From Tubulanus polymorphus (taxonomy: Eukaryota > Animalia > Nemertea), in the NCBI RefSeq assembly GCF_964204645.1, contig NC_134027.1, positions 21,166,560 to 21,230,559 on the forward strand: a stretch of DNA of 64,000 nt. The letters run 5' to 3'. How positions within the stretch are numbered: position 1 is the stretch's first letter; each line of letters starts with the position of its first letter. The position numbers and the translations under genes were made by a program. The notes below the pieces were generated by a model. It ran no database searches. It saw only the letters and a program-made list of their open reading frames with translations, and was not told the DNA's origin. This document shows, in pieces, positions 27,162-42,100 of the stretch.

Positions 27162-30100
27162 TCATTCATTTGAAAGTTCTTTTATTTCTTGAAACTGTTT
27201 TAATACGGCTTTCTCCAAGGCTTCCAAATATACCTCCATCGTGACTGTTGGCGTCTGCAATGAAAAGCAGATTAAAATTATAAATCCGGTAGTTCAGTCG
27301 AAAAATTGCGCCATTTTGGCAACAAGCAATTTGCACTATTTTGGAAACAAGTAATTTACGCCCTTTTGGCAACAAGCAATGAAACTTCCAGGAATGGTAG
27401 AGATTAACTAGCTGAAAGAAATCAGATATGACCACCATGACGAAGGGTAAAATGCCCTCAAGCTTGCTAACTATATAAGCTGGTAGAGTAGAATTCGAAT
27501 CATTTTGGGCTGATAAAATCAAACCATCGAAATAGAAATTGAAAGAAGATTAAAAACAGATCCAGACTAAGCAGGTTACTGTTGAACCGAGATTCACTGA
27601 ACATAATTAAAATACATGAAGAACAAGGACAGCCAGTCATGAGTTCTATTTAACAAAAATACATTTCAATTCATCTCGGATATTCTCAGACAATTGGTCA
27701 TCTTTGTTATCAGGATGACTGTCCTATTTACAGGCATATGTCCTGAGGGAAATTCTAGTGTTAAGTCGTAAATCATTAGTTCCATTCTGCAAGTCACAAG
27801 TCTCTTACGTTAACAGTTCTACTCCAGGAGTCAATGACAGTAAGTACTACAAGTCATACCATAGAGATGACTATGCTGATATGGTATCAGCTGGGACTGG
27901 TTATCTGGTAAACTATTTCATATTTTCAAAATTTAATATTTAATATTTTTCACAATATGAAAAATATTCAAATAAAATTCATATGATGTCACATATCAGA
28001 GGGTGGCTGAATAATGAGTCTTGGAAACAAAACCTCTTCCAATTTATGGATGCGGAAGCTAAAACACCTGGGTGTAGTATTAGATCGTTTTATATCCTGG
28101 AATTTATCACTAAAATATTCAGACCTCGACCTATACTTATAGTTTTACCGCGATTTTACGTGAATTGGCTCAATGCCAACCTCATACTGCTGACAAAGGT
28201 AAACCAAAAAGTTAACAACGTACGTTTTTTTCTCACTTACGTACGTGGGGGCTCTAATTCAATGTATGCTTGGGTACAGGAGAGAGTGGAATTTTATGGA
28301 AATGAATGGTCCCTAAAATACATACATACATCCTCTGTAACCAATGAAAAGGCTATAATTCTGTAGTAGTCACATTGTCCTCCCTGAGCTTGATCACTTG
28401 TTCGGCTTTTTTTCGCGCGTACAAATAGAACATTTCGCGCACTTCCATCACGGCGTTGATTCGCCGGCGAATACTTTCCCGATACCGAACTAGGGAGTGT
28501 TCCTTCGATCGATCGAATCGCACCTCCAAATGTTTCAGATTGCGATCGAGAAAATCGATCTGACGACACGCCAACTCGAACTGTTTCTCCAATTCGAGCA
28601 TTCGTGTCAATATATCGATCTCCTTTTCGTCGTAGATAGTCTGCTGATCGGAGACGTCGATTGCCAGCGAATCGACGTCCAATTCGTTCAACGATTCCTC
28701 GTCTATTTCGTCATCGCCAGTGCGGCTCATTTTATTTAACGAATAAAAATCCGAATAAAAATTTATTTAACGAATAAAAATAGTCTAAACTGGCATTACA
28801 CAATATCCACAATCTATCCACATGTATGCGTGTCCATCCGCAATCTAACGTATATAATCCGTGTACAGATGTTTAAAGCATCAAGTGTTAATCACCTACT
28901 CCCCAGAGGTATCCCAGTGTAAAAGTGTTAATGTAATATTCTTACATTAACTATTCAAAATCCAATTTTATACACGCGGATGACATTTTCTCGAATATCT
29001 CTATACTAGTAGTTTAGTCCGGTTCCGTAGGCAGACGAAGTATTCTCAAATATCTCTAGTGATCATAATTGTAAGTGGATTGTCTATAATCTGAACTCAA
29101 TACGCTAATACACACATCTCATATATCTCTATGCTATTAATTACTATGGGTGGAGGATATGTCTACACACTATTTGACCTGTGTCTGCTTGTACACACTT
29201 CTACAATAGTAGACAGTAAGCAACTTGTTTGGGCAATCAGCTAACACGCCACACAATTAACTACTACTCACACAAGCACAGGCAACACACATTATAATCA
29301 TATCAATTCAGTATCTATAAACAATCGTTTCTTTTAAGTTGACAACAGAAATCAAAGGCATTGGGAATACCATTTAAACCCCAGTTAAAAATGTCAAAGG
29401 TTAACTGCACATTTCAATTGGAATAATATGTAGTTAAATACAAATGTCCAAAAACAACATTTATTTCAATCAGGAGTACCTATATATTGATTATATATAT
29501 TGTTATATCGATTTGATACAAGCATGCAGATAAGAATAAGATAAAAGTCTTAGTCGAAATTTCAATGAAACATATCTAAATAATCATTGAAATCTTTTTG
29601 CAAATGTGCAAAATGTGCCCAATAAATAATGCGCCCAATTTCCACCAGTTTCCGAGTTATTTTATTCATTTCTTTACGTGAGAAACTATTGTTATTAATT
29701 CACTTTATTTGAATGTTAAAATACATTCAGATAAATAGAAAAAAAGGTCTTCAATATTTTCAAACGAAATCTTTCAATGTGAAAAGGTTTCCGTGGTTTG
29801 ACGATATAGAATTCATTGAGGGAATGAAAAAAACTCTTGTTTAACTAAGAAATAAAATTTTGATTCATATAGCGATTCAGTAATTCAGGATTTTTTTTTA
29901 CCTGAACGAACACAGCGTGTGCAATGAAAGGCAACTTTCTCAAAGTGCGTCCACTTAAGCCATAAGCAATCCTGTATAAAGATAAAAGAAATTGCGCATT
30001 GATATAGATTTACCATCATTAAAGCCTTTTTAAATTACTACTTGGAGTACGGATCCATCCAGAATTTCGCAAATTTTCAATCTACTTATTTACAAGAAGT

Positions 30101-33100
30101 TAACTTTCTTCATTTCTTTCTTTCAAATACATTTTTTACCTCCAGTAAGTTAAATTCAGGACCCAGGACCCAGTTCCACAGTCGTGAGTTAGAGTTAACC
30201 CTAAGTTAAAGTTAGTTCATTTTCAATGAGTTAACCCAGAGTCAAATCTTAACTCAGAACTGTGGAACTGGGCCCAGTTCCACAGTTAGAATTTGACTTC
30301 TTTCACTACTCTTGTTGAGCAATGTCATTCATAAATATTGTGATACATACCATCAAAATGAAACATCATTAACCTGACAATCCTTAGTCAAAACATTGCA
30401 TTTAAAGTTCCAAATCTGAATTTGGATATACTGTCAATACCAAGTCACTATTGAAAATCTGATGTTTAGTTATGGCACGTTAAGAATGAAAGTTTGATGG
30501 GTAGAATATGAAAGTTCGACTAGTAAGATATAAAAGTTTAACAGGTAAATTTGATGTTTCATTTCGGCAGTACATCTACGCCATAGACTGGGCAATCAAT
30601 AGGCACCACAAGATCTAGGCTGCATGAAACATATAATATAGCCATGATATTCGACTTGGATCTCTTGACATTTTAACATTTGCCTTAAAAGATGTCAGCA
30701 CCAGTCAAAAACTTTGAAATCTTGATGCAATTCATTATGGAGTAATTTTCAAAAATTTTTCCCAGCAGTTTGGGATGGGAAACTAACTATCAGTACTGAT
30801 ATCCCAAAACTTCTATGGAAAGCGAATTCGTGATTAAACAAACTTACGTCGATATATGTCGTAATTTCAGACTCAATCGAGTCGTTTTGTTATCGACGAA
30901 TCCCATTACTTCTAATTCTCGTAAATTCAACAGCTTCCCCAATGGTTGTATTGGTTGTATAATAGATGTCTACAAATATAAAATCAATCAATCATGGAAA
31001 GAGTTTTATATAGCTTTTACACACTTAGATTTAATTGGACTAGCTAAACATGTCAATGAGAAACGGTCCGTTCTAAAATTTAAAACGGACGTGGATCAGT
31101 CTCGTTGGAAGGTCAAAAAATGTCAAAACTGGTCTGTCTGTTTGACCGATCAAGAAGATTTTTGAAAGGATGAAAGGAACTAACAAGGAGCCTATCGGCT
31201 TATATAGCTCCGCGTGTGACTTGAAGAAATAGAAGCTGCATACCTAGGGGTGCCCCCTTTTGGCCAAATCCAAAAAAGGCTCTGTACTTTGTAGGTATTG
31301 GTCCAAACACCATTCATACCAAATTTGGACTTGATCTGATCAAAACTATAGGACTAGTAGCGATCTGAAGAAATAGAAACTCCACCCCAAGGGGCACCCC
31401 TGAGGGAAGAATAAAAAAAATGGCTCTGCAACTTTATAGGCCTTGGTCCATAGAACATTCAAACCAAATTTGGAATTGATCTGATTAAAACTGTAGGACT
31501 AGTAGCGATTTGAAGAAATAGAAACTCCACCCTAAGGGCGCCCCTAGGGGGACAATTCTAAAAAATGACTCTGTAACTTTATAGGCCTTGGTCCATAGAA
31601 CATTCATACCAAATTTGGAATTGATCTGATTAAAATTGTAGGAATAGTAGCGATTTGAAGACAAGATAAATCTATAAATAGAACTAATTTGCAAAACATC
31701 CTCTATACTTATGTAGGCATCATCCCATAGATCATTCATAAAAAGTTTAATTCAAATTTGATAAAAACTGAAGAAGGTGTAGCGATTTAAGTGAAAATCT
31801 AAAAAAATTATCCCTAATTTGCAAAATTTATGCATAATCTAGAATATGGCTCTATACTGGTTTAGACAATCCCCTATAAAAACATTCATACTAAGTTTGA
31901 AATCCGCTGAAAATTGGAGGAGTAGCGATTGAAAGGAAAATCTAAAAAAGGCCTAATTTGCATAATTTATGCAAAATCAAAAATATGGCTCTATACTTTT
32001 GTAGGCACTCCCCAAGAGACCATTCATATGAAGTTTGGTTGAAATCTACTGAAAACTGGAGTAGAAGTAGCAATTTAAGTGAAAATCTAAAAATAGCCCT
32101 AATTTGCATAATTTATGCAAAATCAAAAGTATGGCTCTATACTTTTGTAGGCACTCCCCCATACATCATTCGTACCAAGTTTCATCAAGATCCCATCAGA
32201 ACTGTAGGACTAGTAGGGATATAAAGAAAAAGTTGACGCCGGACACCGAACACCGGACGGACGGACGGACGACGACGGTCACAGCGGAGCTAAAAATGGA
32301 ATGGACTAAATTCAGAACGTTGTCATAAGGCCGCTTTTTATCATCTAATGTCAAGACAGTTAGACCTGGCACTAATCCAGGTAGGGCTTTTAATTGCTGT
32401 AGCACCGGATCTCCAAAACTCTTTGCAAACATTTCCTAGTCACTAAGATAAAAACCCGCTATGTAAAAATTAAAACCCACTATGTAAAAATAAAAATAAT
32501 TCTAAAACCGAGAGTTTATTTATTCTAAAAATGTAAAATGTAAAATACACAACGTTTCGATTTCACCCTAGAGATTCATCATTAGGTGTGATTCTGTACC
32601 ACACCTGACAATGATCTCTTGGGTGAAATCTAAACGTTGTTTATTTTTCATTTTAGATTTTTTGAATAAATAAACTCTCGATTTTAGAATTCTTTTAATT
32701 TCTACATAGTGGGTTTTTATCTTATTATCCATTCACCACGTTTGAGTGTGGTTATCGTACTATCATTTCCTAGTCACCTTTCAGCTCTTAGAAAGTGAAA
32801 TAAAACCTACCTTAACGAGTTCAGAAATACAAGAATGTAAAATCTTAAATATAGCAGCTGATGATGGGGGTCCTATATATTGTTTAATATCAGCTCGATC
32901 AACGAACGCTAAATCTATAGCACCAGTTATATTGGACGTAGTCAGTATGAGCACATTAGGATTCCTACGAGATAAATGAAAGAAACAATAAGTGCAAAAG
33001 ACAGTGTTAGAATTGCATATGAAGTGCCATTGAAAAATAGCTAAAATTGTTTGATAAACCAATGATTTAACGGGCATACACCATCTACACAAAATATTGC

Positions 33101-36100
33101 GTAAACATTTTCAAAGGCGATATATTCACACTTATCAAATATGCCACTAGTTCGAATTTTATTTCAGCCATTACTGAGATATACAACTTTTAAATTAGCA
33201 ATTTCAGCACTTGCTCACTGTTGTTGTTAATGTTAGCAGGTGCCCGTAGGGGATTGATTTGAATGAAGCGAATCTACAAATTCACGTATTTCAACTGCAC
33301 GATGACGGGCCGTCTGCGGAAGAACTTGATGACGAAGATTCAGGTGACGTCATGCTTACCTTTTAATTTGATCAATTTGAGTTAGTAAAGCATTGACAAC
33401 TCGTATAGCATCAGACGGATCGGAACCAGATATCGAAGACTTCCGCGCTGCTGTTAGACTTTCAACCTATTCAAAAAGTAATCACCATTATTAGACTCAA
33501 ATTTAACCATCATTTTGAATTATGTCTCAATATCGACCGTGTTCATTTACCTCATCAATTAACACACAAACTAAAGAATCCCTATCGTCTATCAGTTCTT
33601 GAATTTTCTGGAACATTTTCATCACTAATTTTCCGCTCTGAAATTGTCGATTACACAGAAAATCAGTTGCATTGTCAGAATTTTCATATTTACATTTCCG
33701 TCTTAATTTTTGAACTATGTAATCATTTGAAAAAATTTGGAAATGGAAAATAAGTGAACGTTTCAGTTCACGCCAGTTATTTTCTTAATCACTTATCAAC
33801 TCTTTCACTTGCACCTGGCTGATTTCATAGTTTCTATCACTTAATAAGACGTTAAAGGAATACTTCCAAAAAGCCGCTCTTACCTCAGAGAACCATTTCG
33901 AGAATAAACTGTGGCTGTTTATCTCGACTAACTGTCCGTACCGATAGCGCTCGGATAAATTTATACACAGTTTTTGAGCTAATGCTTTACATAATGATGT
34001 CTTGCCAGTTCCAGGAGGCCCTGAAATGAGTTTTAATCGTACTGTAAAATGGTTGTAGGTAGGTGGGATAGAATTCACACCTGTATAAATACTAAAGCCA
34101 CTACAGGCATACCTAATGGATTTATTTATACTCCTAATCTTTAATAAGCCCTATATCGACCCTATAAACCATACATATTCTGAAAGGGTGTAAGCAAGGG
34201 CTTCAATTTGCAGAATGCTTTCCATATGCAAATTAAGTCTTGTCATTTAAATGTGACTTAATTACAAATTCTGACTACAAGTTCTTACCCTGATTTATGA
34301 GCAAAAAATAGATCCATGAACTATGAGACTTCATCGAGAAAATCGGAAGTTCCAGGCAGTTAGGCAAAATGAACACGAGCCCCAGGTTGGGAGAAAATGT
34401 ACGTTAAATTATCAAGTATAAATTTCCTGCCTTTTCAAGAAGTGTAAGTCATAACAAATAAACATGTCCCACATTTGTGCTTACGTAATTTAGAAATCAA
34501 ATAAGTAATCTCTGTAAAAATATATTACTTAGTCTCAATAATCATACAATTTGGTTCATTTTAACAAGTGCCCCGGGACACTACAACCGGCCTGTAGCTT
34601 TTTCAATCATTCCATAAAAATCATGATAATTTGCGGATATAGTATATATTAGGAAGCTTAGTTGGTAATGGTTAGTGGATTGCCTGAAATTATTTAATTA
34701 CCAGTTTACAAGAACTATTACAAGTTTTGACAGCTACATGAACCTTGATGGTATAGTCACGACATCTGATGGGATAAGAGGATTTTGTACATTCCCAATC
34801 GGGGCACAAAGTCTTACCGTGTAAAAGAATTACGCGGTTCCAGGATATCACATTACTGTCGACTTTCCTGTCGGAAAATAACAATGTTGTCCGAGCATAT
34901 TGTATTAACTGAAAAGCAAGAACAAAACTATAGAAAAGAATAGAAAATAAAAGGATATGTGATGAAATACAATTTCAAATGGACTTGAATTATCAAAAAC
35001 AATATGGTTAACCCATTGAGCCATATATCTGTCGGTGCCTGAGGTGATGTTTCAAACAGGATTTAGTTTTGAAAGCCAGGCGGCAGCACGTACTGGTATT
35101 TACTTTCTCGGGTTTAGAAAGGAGTAATGTTGCGCTTATTTTAAAGTAGCAACGCTCCAATACGAGATGGCAGCTCCTATCGAAAAACGCGATAAGATAA
35201 CATAGCTGATCACAGTGGCGGAGCCCATCCACTGCTGGGGCTCAATCGGATAATAATGAAACAAGAATAACTAATCATTATAAATGAAAATATAAATACT
35301 AGAAAATCTTAGTAGACTCTGCAACATAGTAGTAGACTCTCAACCCAGAACATCGCTTGAGTTGAAGATTTATAATTTATTTCAATTTTCTGATTTCCAA
35401 TTTGGTAGAATGAGTTGCAAAGTCTAATGTACAGCATAGTACAATAACCACACTCAAACGTGGTGAATTGATGATAAAAACCCACTATGTATAAATTTAA
35501 ACAATTTTAAAATCGAGAGTTTATTCATGTAAAACCGGACGATGATCTCCAGGGTGAGATCAAAACGTCGCGTATTTTAAATTTTTGATTAAATAAATTC
35601 TCGATTTAAAAAACTCCTTTAATTTGTACGTAGTGGGTTTTTATCTAATTTACTGTACAGCAACTAATGAGCATTTTGAAATATTAAATGAACATTTTTC
35701 TGAACCTGTTGCTTGATGTGAGAATCAAATACTAGATTATTCCACAAGCCGTCGAATTCAGCGCACGGTAAAAGCCAATGATTGGCTGCTGCCAAATCTT
35801 CGTCATCGAGTTCTTCCGCAGACGGCCCGTCATCGTGCAGTTGAAATACGTGAATTTGTAGATTCGCTTTATCCAAATCAATCCCCTAAAACGGTATAAG
35901 GAAAACCATAGATCGCATAGAAAATGTTTGATAGATTTTCTTTTTACAAAATTTTCATTAATGTGGGTAGAATGTGGCAATGTCCAGTTTATCTTCCTCA
36001 GGTTAGCAAACAGTAGTAGCAAACAAATGAAGACAAGTATATGTAACATTTTGCATCCGAATAATGAACAGCAAATACATGTACTCTGTAAGACTGTAAG

Positions 36101-39100
36101 AATTGTAGGTTCAAGTCTAGACAAGATAACCTGTCGACTCCAAGTTTCATGGAAATTCAAAAAGAATTGCAGGCTAAATCATGCCGACAAAAGTTCAAGA
36201 TGACCACCCTAGTGGCCATATTAGATGTGTAATAATATCTATTGTCGTAGATATTTTACCTGCTCCAATTCTTGACCAAGTTTTATGGAGATCTATTAAG
36301 AATTGCAGGCTATATCTGTTATCAATAGATTAAAGATGGCCGCCTCTAACCAGCCATATTCGATGACTGATGACTTCAATTTTCAATAGGCTAAGTGCCC
36401 AAACCTTCACACCGAGTCTTTTGGCAATCCTACTGTCAAGAAATTCAAGATAACCACCCTGGAAGCCATATCACATCAAAGTATGAATATTTTCAATAGG
36501 GGTAGACATTCCTTATACCACATTGCATGGAAATCTATCCTCAAGGTTGCAGGAACATCGTTGGGGCTTAATATAACTATAGTAAAAAAGAGGCCAAGTG
36601 TACTTGTATTCAGATGGCTGTTTACACACATGTGTCATGTGGATGAGTTAATGTGGTCATTGCAACGGGATGCTATCCCAGGGATGTTGGCTAGCAGTTC
36701 TGCAATGTTCAAAAACCATCAGACATAGGCATAAACGACTGGAAAAAATTTTTGAATTGGGCAATGAAATATATTTTGCACATACCTGATAATCATAAAG
36801 GTCAGTATCACATATAGATATTGACTGAACGTGAGTCGTTAGAAAGTCATCGCTAAATTCTCTGATGGTAAAATCTTCTCCATTCAGTGTTTTATTGTGT
36901 TGTTGTAAATGGCGTACAACATGTTCCTTGATAACTTCAGACTGAACTGTACTGAAATGCAGGTAAGCAAAACTAAATTATTTGTTCCAAAAACATGGAC
37001 AATTCTTATCGCAGCAGTTACTCAAACGTAGCATTGAACCCGAAGGCACAGAGATATCACGATTTTGTAGTGGATTTCGTCTCGTTGAACACAACATATT
37101 AGAGCATCATCTTTAGACTGAAGAAGGGTGGTAACAACCACTCGAAATATTTCTAATTTTCAAAGAAACTTTTCATTTTCGTTCACACATTGTGAGATTT
37201 TTTACTCATCGAGTCTTGTCACGCATACTGATTCAACATATTAGAGCATTTCAGTATGCCTGCAAGCCTTTTGATTACGTAAAAAGGGCTGAATCCAGTG
37301 GGTTTTTAGACTAGACTATACTATTCACCAACTATACGTGCAATAGATCTCGAAAAGGGCTTTATGTCTTGGATAATACTTTTAGTCTTTTTCATAAGAA
37401 CCATTTTTTTCAGAAGTGTCAGACCTTCGATGAAAAGTAGTAGTACCCAGTCCGAGGTAAAGAATCAGCTACTTGTATTCTACAGATTATTCTTTATTCT
37501 CTGATGTGACTTTGTCTTGCTGAATGTACATTTGCTTATATAGGTGAAGCTTCAACCATAGCAAAGGCAGAGGCTTGCTGGTAATCGTCAACATTCATAC
37601 CGCCCCAATGCATGTAAGTTAACCCTCTAAAGGTCGTAGCGCCCAAAAGCGCCCGTGACCGAAGACGTCCGTAGCGCCCGAAGGTACCTTGATGACTTCG
37701 GGTTCAACTACCACCCGCAAAAATTGTAGAAAATTTATTACAGCTGGTTCATATCAAATCAATTTTAAGTCACGATTTCATTTCCGGTTTGAAAAAAACC
37801 TGATGAGGAAATAGACCCTCCTATTCAGCCAGTGAATGATGATGGGACCCCTGTTACTGTTGATGATATTGTGTGGGACAGCCAATGTACTTCTCATGAT
37901 CCCCAATTTGAGGAATATATGCTAGATCCGGCTTTCACTCACGGACTTCCGATTGATGCCGAACCAATCGATTACTTCAAAACGTTTGCTGGTGATGACT
38001 TTTTTTATATGTTTTCCACAGAAACTAATAGATATGCTGCATTCAAAAATGCAGAGGGCTTCAAAGATGTTACTGCAAATGAAATGAAGACTTTTTTAGG
38101 TGCCAAAATCATCATGGGTATCAATAAGTGTCAGACCTTCGATGAAAAGTAGTAGTACCCAGTCCGAGGTAAAGAATCAGCTACTTGTATTCTACAGATT
38201 ATTCTTTATTCTCTGATGTGACTTTGTCTTGCTGAATGTACATTTGCTTATATAGGTGAAGCTTCAACCATAGCAAAGGCAGAGGCTTGCTGGTAATCGT
38301 CAACATTCATACCGCCCCAATGCATGTAAGTTAACCCTCTAAAGGTCGTAGCGCCCAAAAGCGCCCGTGACCGAAGACGTCCGTAGCGCCCGAAGGTACC
38401 TTGATGACTTCGGGTTCAACTACCACTCGCAAAAGTTGTAGAAAATTTATTACAGCTGGTTCATATCAAATCAATTTTAAGTCACGATTTCATTTCCGGT
38501 TTGAAAAAAACCTATTCCTATTCAAGTTTTCGAGTAAAATTGTGTTTTTGAAACCTGATTTTTTTCATTTTTCAAGCGAAATTGACATTTTTATAAACTC
38601 AATAAAGGTTAATAAAAATGTCAATTTCGCTTACAGTCAATCAATGAAATGGATGTGGACGTAAATGACGAAGAATTTAACATTTCTGGGTCCGATTCTG
38701 AGAGACAATCGTCGTCGGATTCAGATGATAATCCGGATGAATCAGGTGATGAGGATCGTGACCCCGAGGATTTTGAGAACGAATCGGACATCCACACGGA
38801 TTCTGAGGATGATATAAATTCTGATGAGGAAATAGACCCTCCTATTCAGCCAGTGAATGATGATGGGACCCCTGTTACTGTTGATGATATTGTGTGGGAC
38901 AGCCAATGTATTTCTCATGATCCCCAATTTGAGGAATATATGCTAGATCCGGCTTTCACTCACGGACTTCCGATTGATGCCGAACCAATCGATTACTTCA
39001 AAACGTTTGCTGGTGATGACTTTTTTTATATGTTTTCCACAGAAACTAATAGATATGCTGCATTCAAAAATGCAGAGGGCTTCAAAGATGTTACTGCAAA

Positions 39101-42100
39101 TGAAATGAAGACTTTTTTAGGTGCCAAAATCATCATGGGTATCAATAAACTGCCCGTACTTGATATGTATTGGTCGACTGATGACGCGTTGGGTAATGCG
39201 TATATTCAGCGTAGCATGTCCTGTAACCGGTTCAAATCAATTTTGAGGTATATGCATTTATCTGATTCTGAAAATGAGCCTCAGAAAGGACAACCAAACT
39301 ATGATAAACTGTATAAAGCGAGACCTATCATAAACTATTTCAACGAAAAATTTCTTGCGGGCTGTGTAGCTGATCAAGACGTTTCCGTTGACGAGGCAAT
39401 GGTGAAATATAAAGGTCGTTCAAGCCTCATACAGTATCAGCCTAAAAAACCCATAAAACGAGGCGTGAAAATATGGTGTGCGGCAAATTCTTTACCAGAT
39501 ATATGTATAAGACGCAGGTGTACTCCGGGAAACTTGATGACGGAGTAGTTGAACAAGGACTTGGGTACAAAGCAGTGATGAATGTTACTTCTGATTTACT
39601 AGATGAGTACAGACACATTTATTTTGACAATTTCTTTACTACATCTAAACTTGTTCTTGATTTGTATCATAGAAAGACATATTCATGTGGAACTATGAGA
39701 TCTGACAGAAAGGGTTTTCCGCCAGATATAAAAAAACCTAAAAAAGGGGAGACTATGTTTCGGCAAGATGGTCACCTTATGTCTACCTCCTGGCATGACA
39801 AACGTGTAGTGACAATGTTGTCCACAAATTCTAAACCTGTGAGTCATGAAATTGTTCGAAAAAATAAAACGGGAGAAAATGAAAATATTCAAAAGTCCGA
39901 ACCTATTGTTATGTACAATAAATGGGCGGTGTTGACCTTGCGGACCAATACCGTAGATATTACTCACTGGGTAGAAAAAGCAAGAAATGGTGGCGCTACA
40001 TAGCTTACTTCTATTTGCAAGTTGCCATTGTTAATTCATATCTCTGTTATGATAATAATACTGCCATTGTTGTTGAAAAGCCAATGTCCTATCTTGAATA
40101 TCGCCTGTTACTTGGTAAGCAACTAATCGGTGGTGCCGTAACCCCTGCCAGGCGCAAACAATTGAAGAGGCAACGGGTTGAAAGGACATTAGATGCTGCA
40201 AATGTCTCTGGCCACCAGCTTGTGAAGTTTGATGGGCGTAAACGGGTGTGCATTCATTGCAGTAAGTTGGGTCGCAAAGCTCCGAGCAGCGGTGGTATTG
40301 TGTCGTCATTTGGGTGTTCCGTCTGCCAGCAAAACCTCTGCAAAACCTCTGCAAAACCTGCTTTAACCCTTTCCATGCATCAATCATGATGTAAAATGCC
40401 AATAGAAATGATATATGATGTATAAACATGTTGTTATGATGTATGGTGATTGCTTCAGATATGATAATAAAAGTGAAATTTAAAATGAACTTACCGTAAA
40501 AAAATTTTTTCACCTAAATTTTGTTCCACTTCTTGGCTAAACCACTGAAGGTACTGGATGAACTATCATGTTTTTTGGCTCAGATTTTATCTATTCTATA
40601 CATAGAATCACATTTTAAACATTTATTCATTTGTAATTTAACCTTTAATACTGTTTGATAAGATAATGTCTTTGATAGCCTAAATTTGTTTGTGGAATGT
40701 AAAACTTCAGTTACTGCCGCTCTATCCAGGAGGTGCTATTATATGGTAATATTTTGAGTGTTCAATTTTGTATTTTCAGTTAACCATCATCTTCACATCA
40801 GTTCATAATAAACGTTGGTCTAAGAAATTCTCAATTGTTTGTCAGTCATCTCACACCTACCACTGACACAATGGGCATACACGCCGACATCCCTGCAAAA
40901 AGATACCCTTACAGCAAATGGGTTTGGGGAAAAAGAAATTTACTTTGAAAAGGGAGGTGATTCGAGTTATCTTATCACCAAAATATATCAGTAAGTCCAA
41001 GGCAATACAAATTTAAATTCAAAACAACAGAGAATTTCCAAAGATGGAGACACGGGGTGGAATCGAAATCCTAACTGTTGCAACAGCCGCAAGGAACATC
41101 CTTGAGTCAAGACACATAGCATCGGTAACAGTGGAGTTTTTTGAGCATCAAGCCAATTCTCTCGAATTATGACTTGTCAATCCATAAGTGCGGATCTCTC
41201 CGAGTGGAATTCACATTAGAATTGAATGCTGAGTTTATATATTCTCACTTGCCAGAGGATGAGTTAACTGGGAATGAACATAAACATGAAACAGATATTT
41301 TGCATAAAAAGGTATTTTTATCTAGCCCTTGCTAAATTTGGATTGATAGCCAATGGTTTTTCAATACGACCCGGCCCTGCGGTATTGCATTTAGCCACCG
41401 GCGAACTCCGCCATCTTCTTTCTTGGCGTTCTTGTATATGAACGCGTTGGATTTTTTCGCCAAAAAATCAAAGGGATTAGGAAGTTAAGGGAGTAATCAC
41501 TCTTGTAACGGTGAGTCCGTTCGCTTTGGGGGCTATCCCTTGTTTCTTTTTTCCTGAAATAATTTAACTAATTTAATTTAATTTGATTTAATTGAATTCA
41601 TTATTGTGACCGATTAATTGAATAATTATGCCGCCCCCCTCCTAAGGGTCAACATCGTGGCGGTGAGGGATGTGGGCATTTGTTCGGTGCCTGGGATGAT
41701 CACGGTTCGTGTGCGTCGTGTTGGCGTAAATCTGGCCAAATCTGTTCTAGGAGTAATCCTTGCAAGACTTGCGAGGTTTGGTCCGAGGACCTTTGGAGTC
41801 GGGCCGATAAGACTCGGAAGCTGAGTGATCGTCGTCGAGTTGCTCACTATGAAAAAACTATGCGGTGAATCAATCCAGAATTTCTCAGCAGAATGTCAGA
41901 CACTAGGTACCTTTCTTTAAAGGTTTATTTGTTGTATGTCATTTACAATCAGTTACATAATACTTTATTCATAACTGAAGTGGCGCGCCGACGGCGAATG
42001 CTCAAGCGAGGTCAGTCATGTAGGCCAACGATAACACGAAACAGACCACGGTTTTGCCGGTTAAGAGCGTCTCTCCACAAATTAGAGGGACCGTAATGGA

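Noticed and set aside
27166-27522. 118-aa ORF
   Set aside because: Overlaps the TRIP13 terminal exon in another frame plus intron sequence
38649-40389. Programmed frameshifting or a domesticated PGBD gene
   Set aside because: Two independent frameshifts, altered C-terminus and no right TIR indicate ordinary decay or sequencing error
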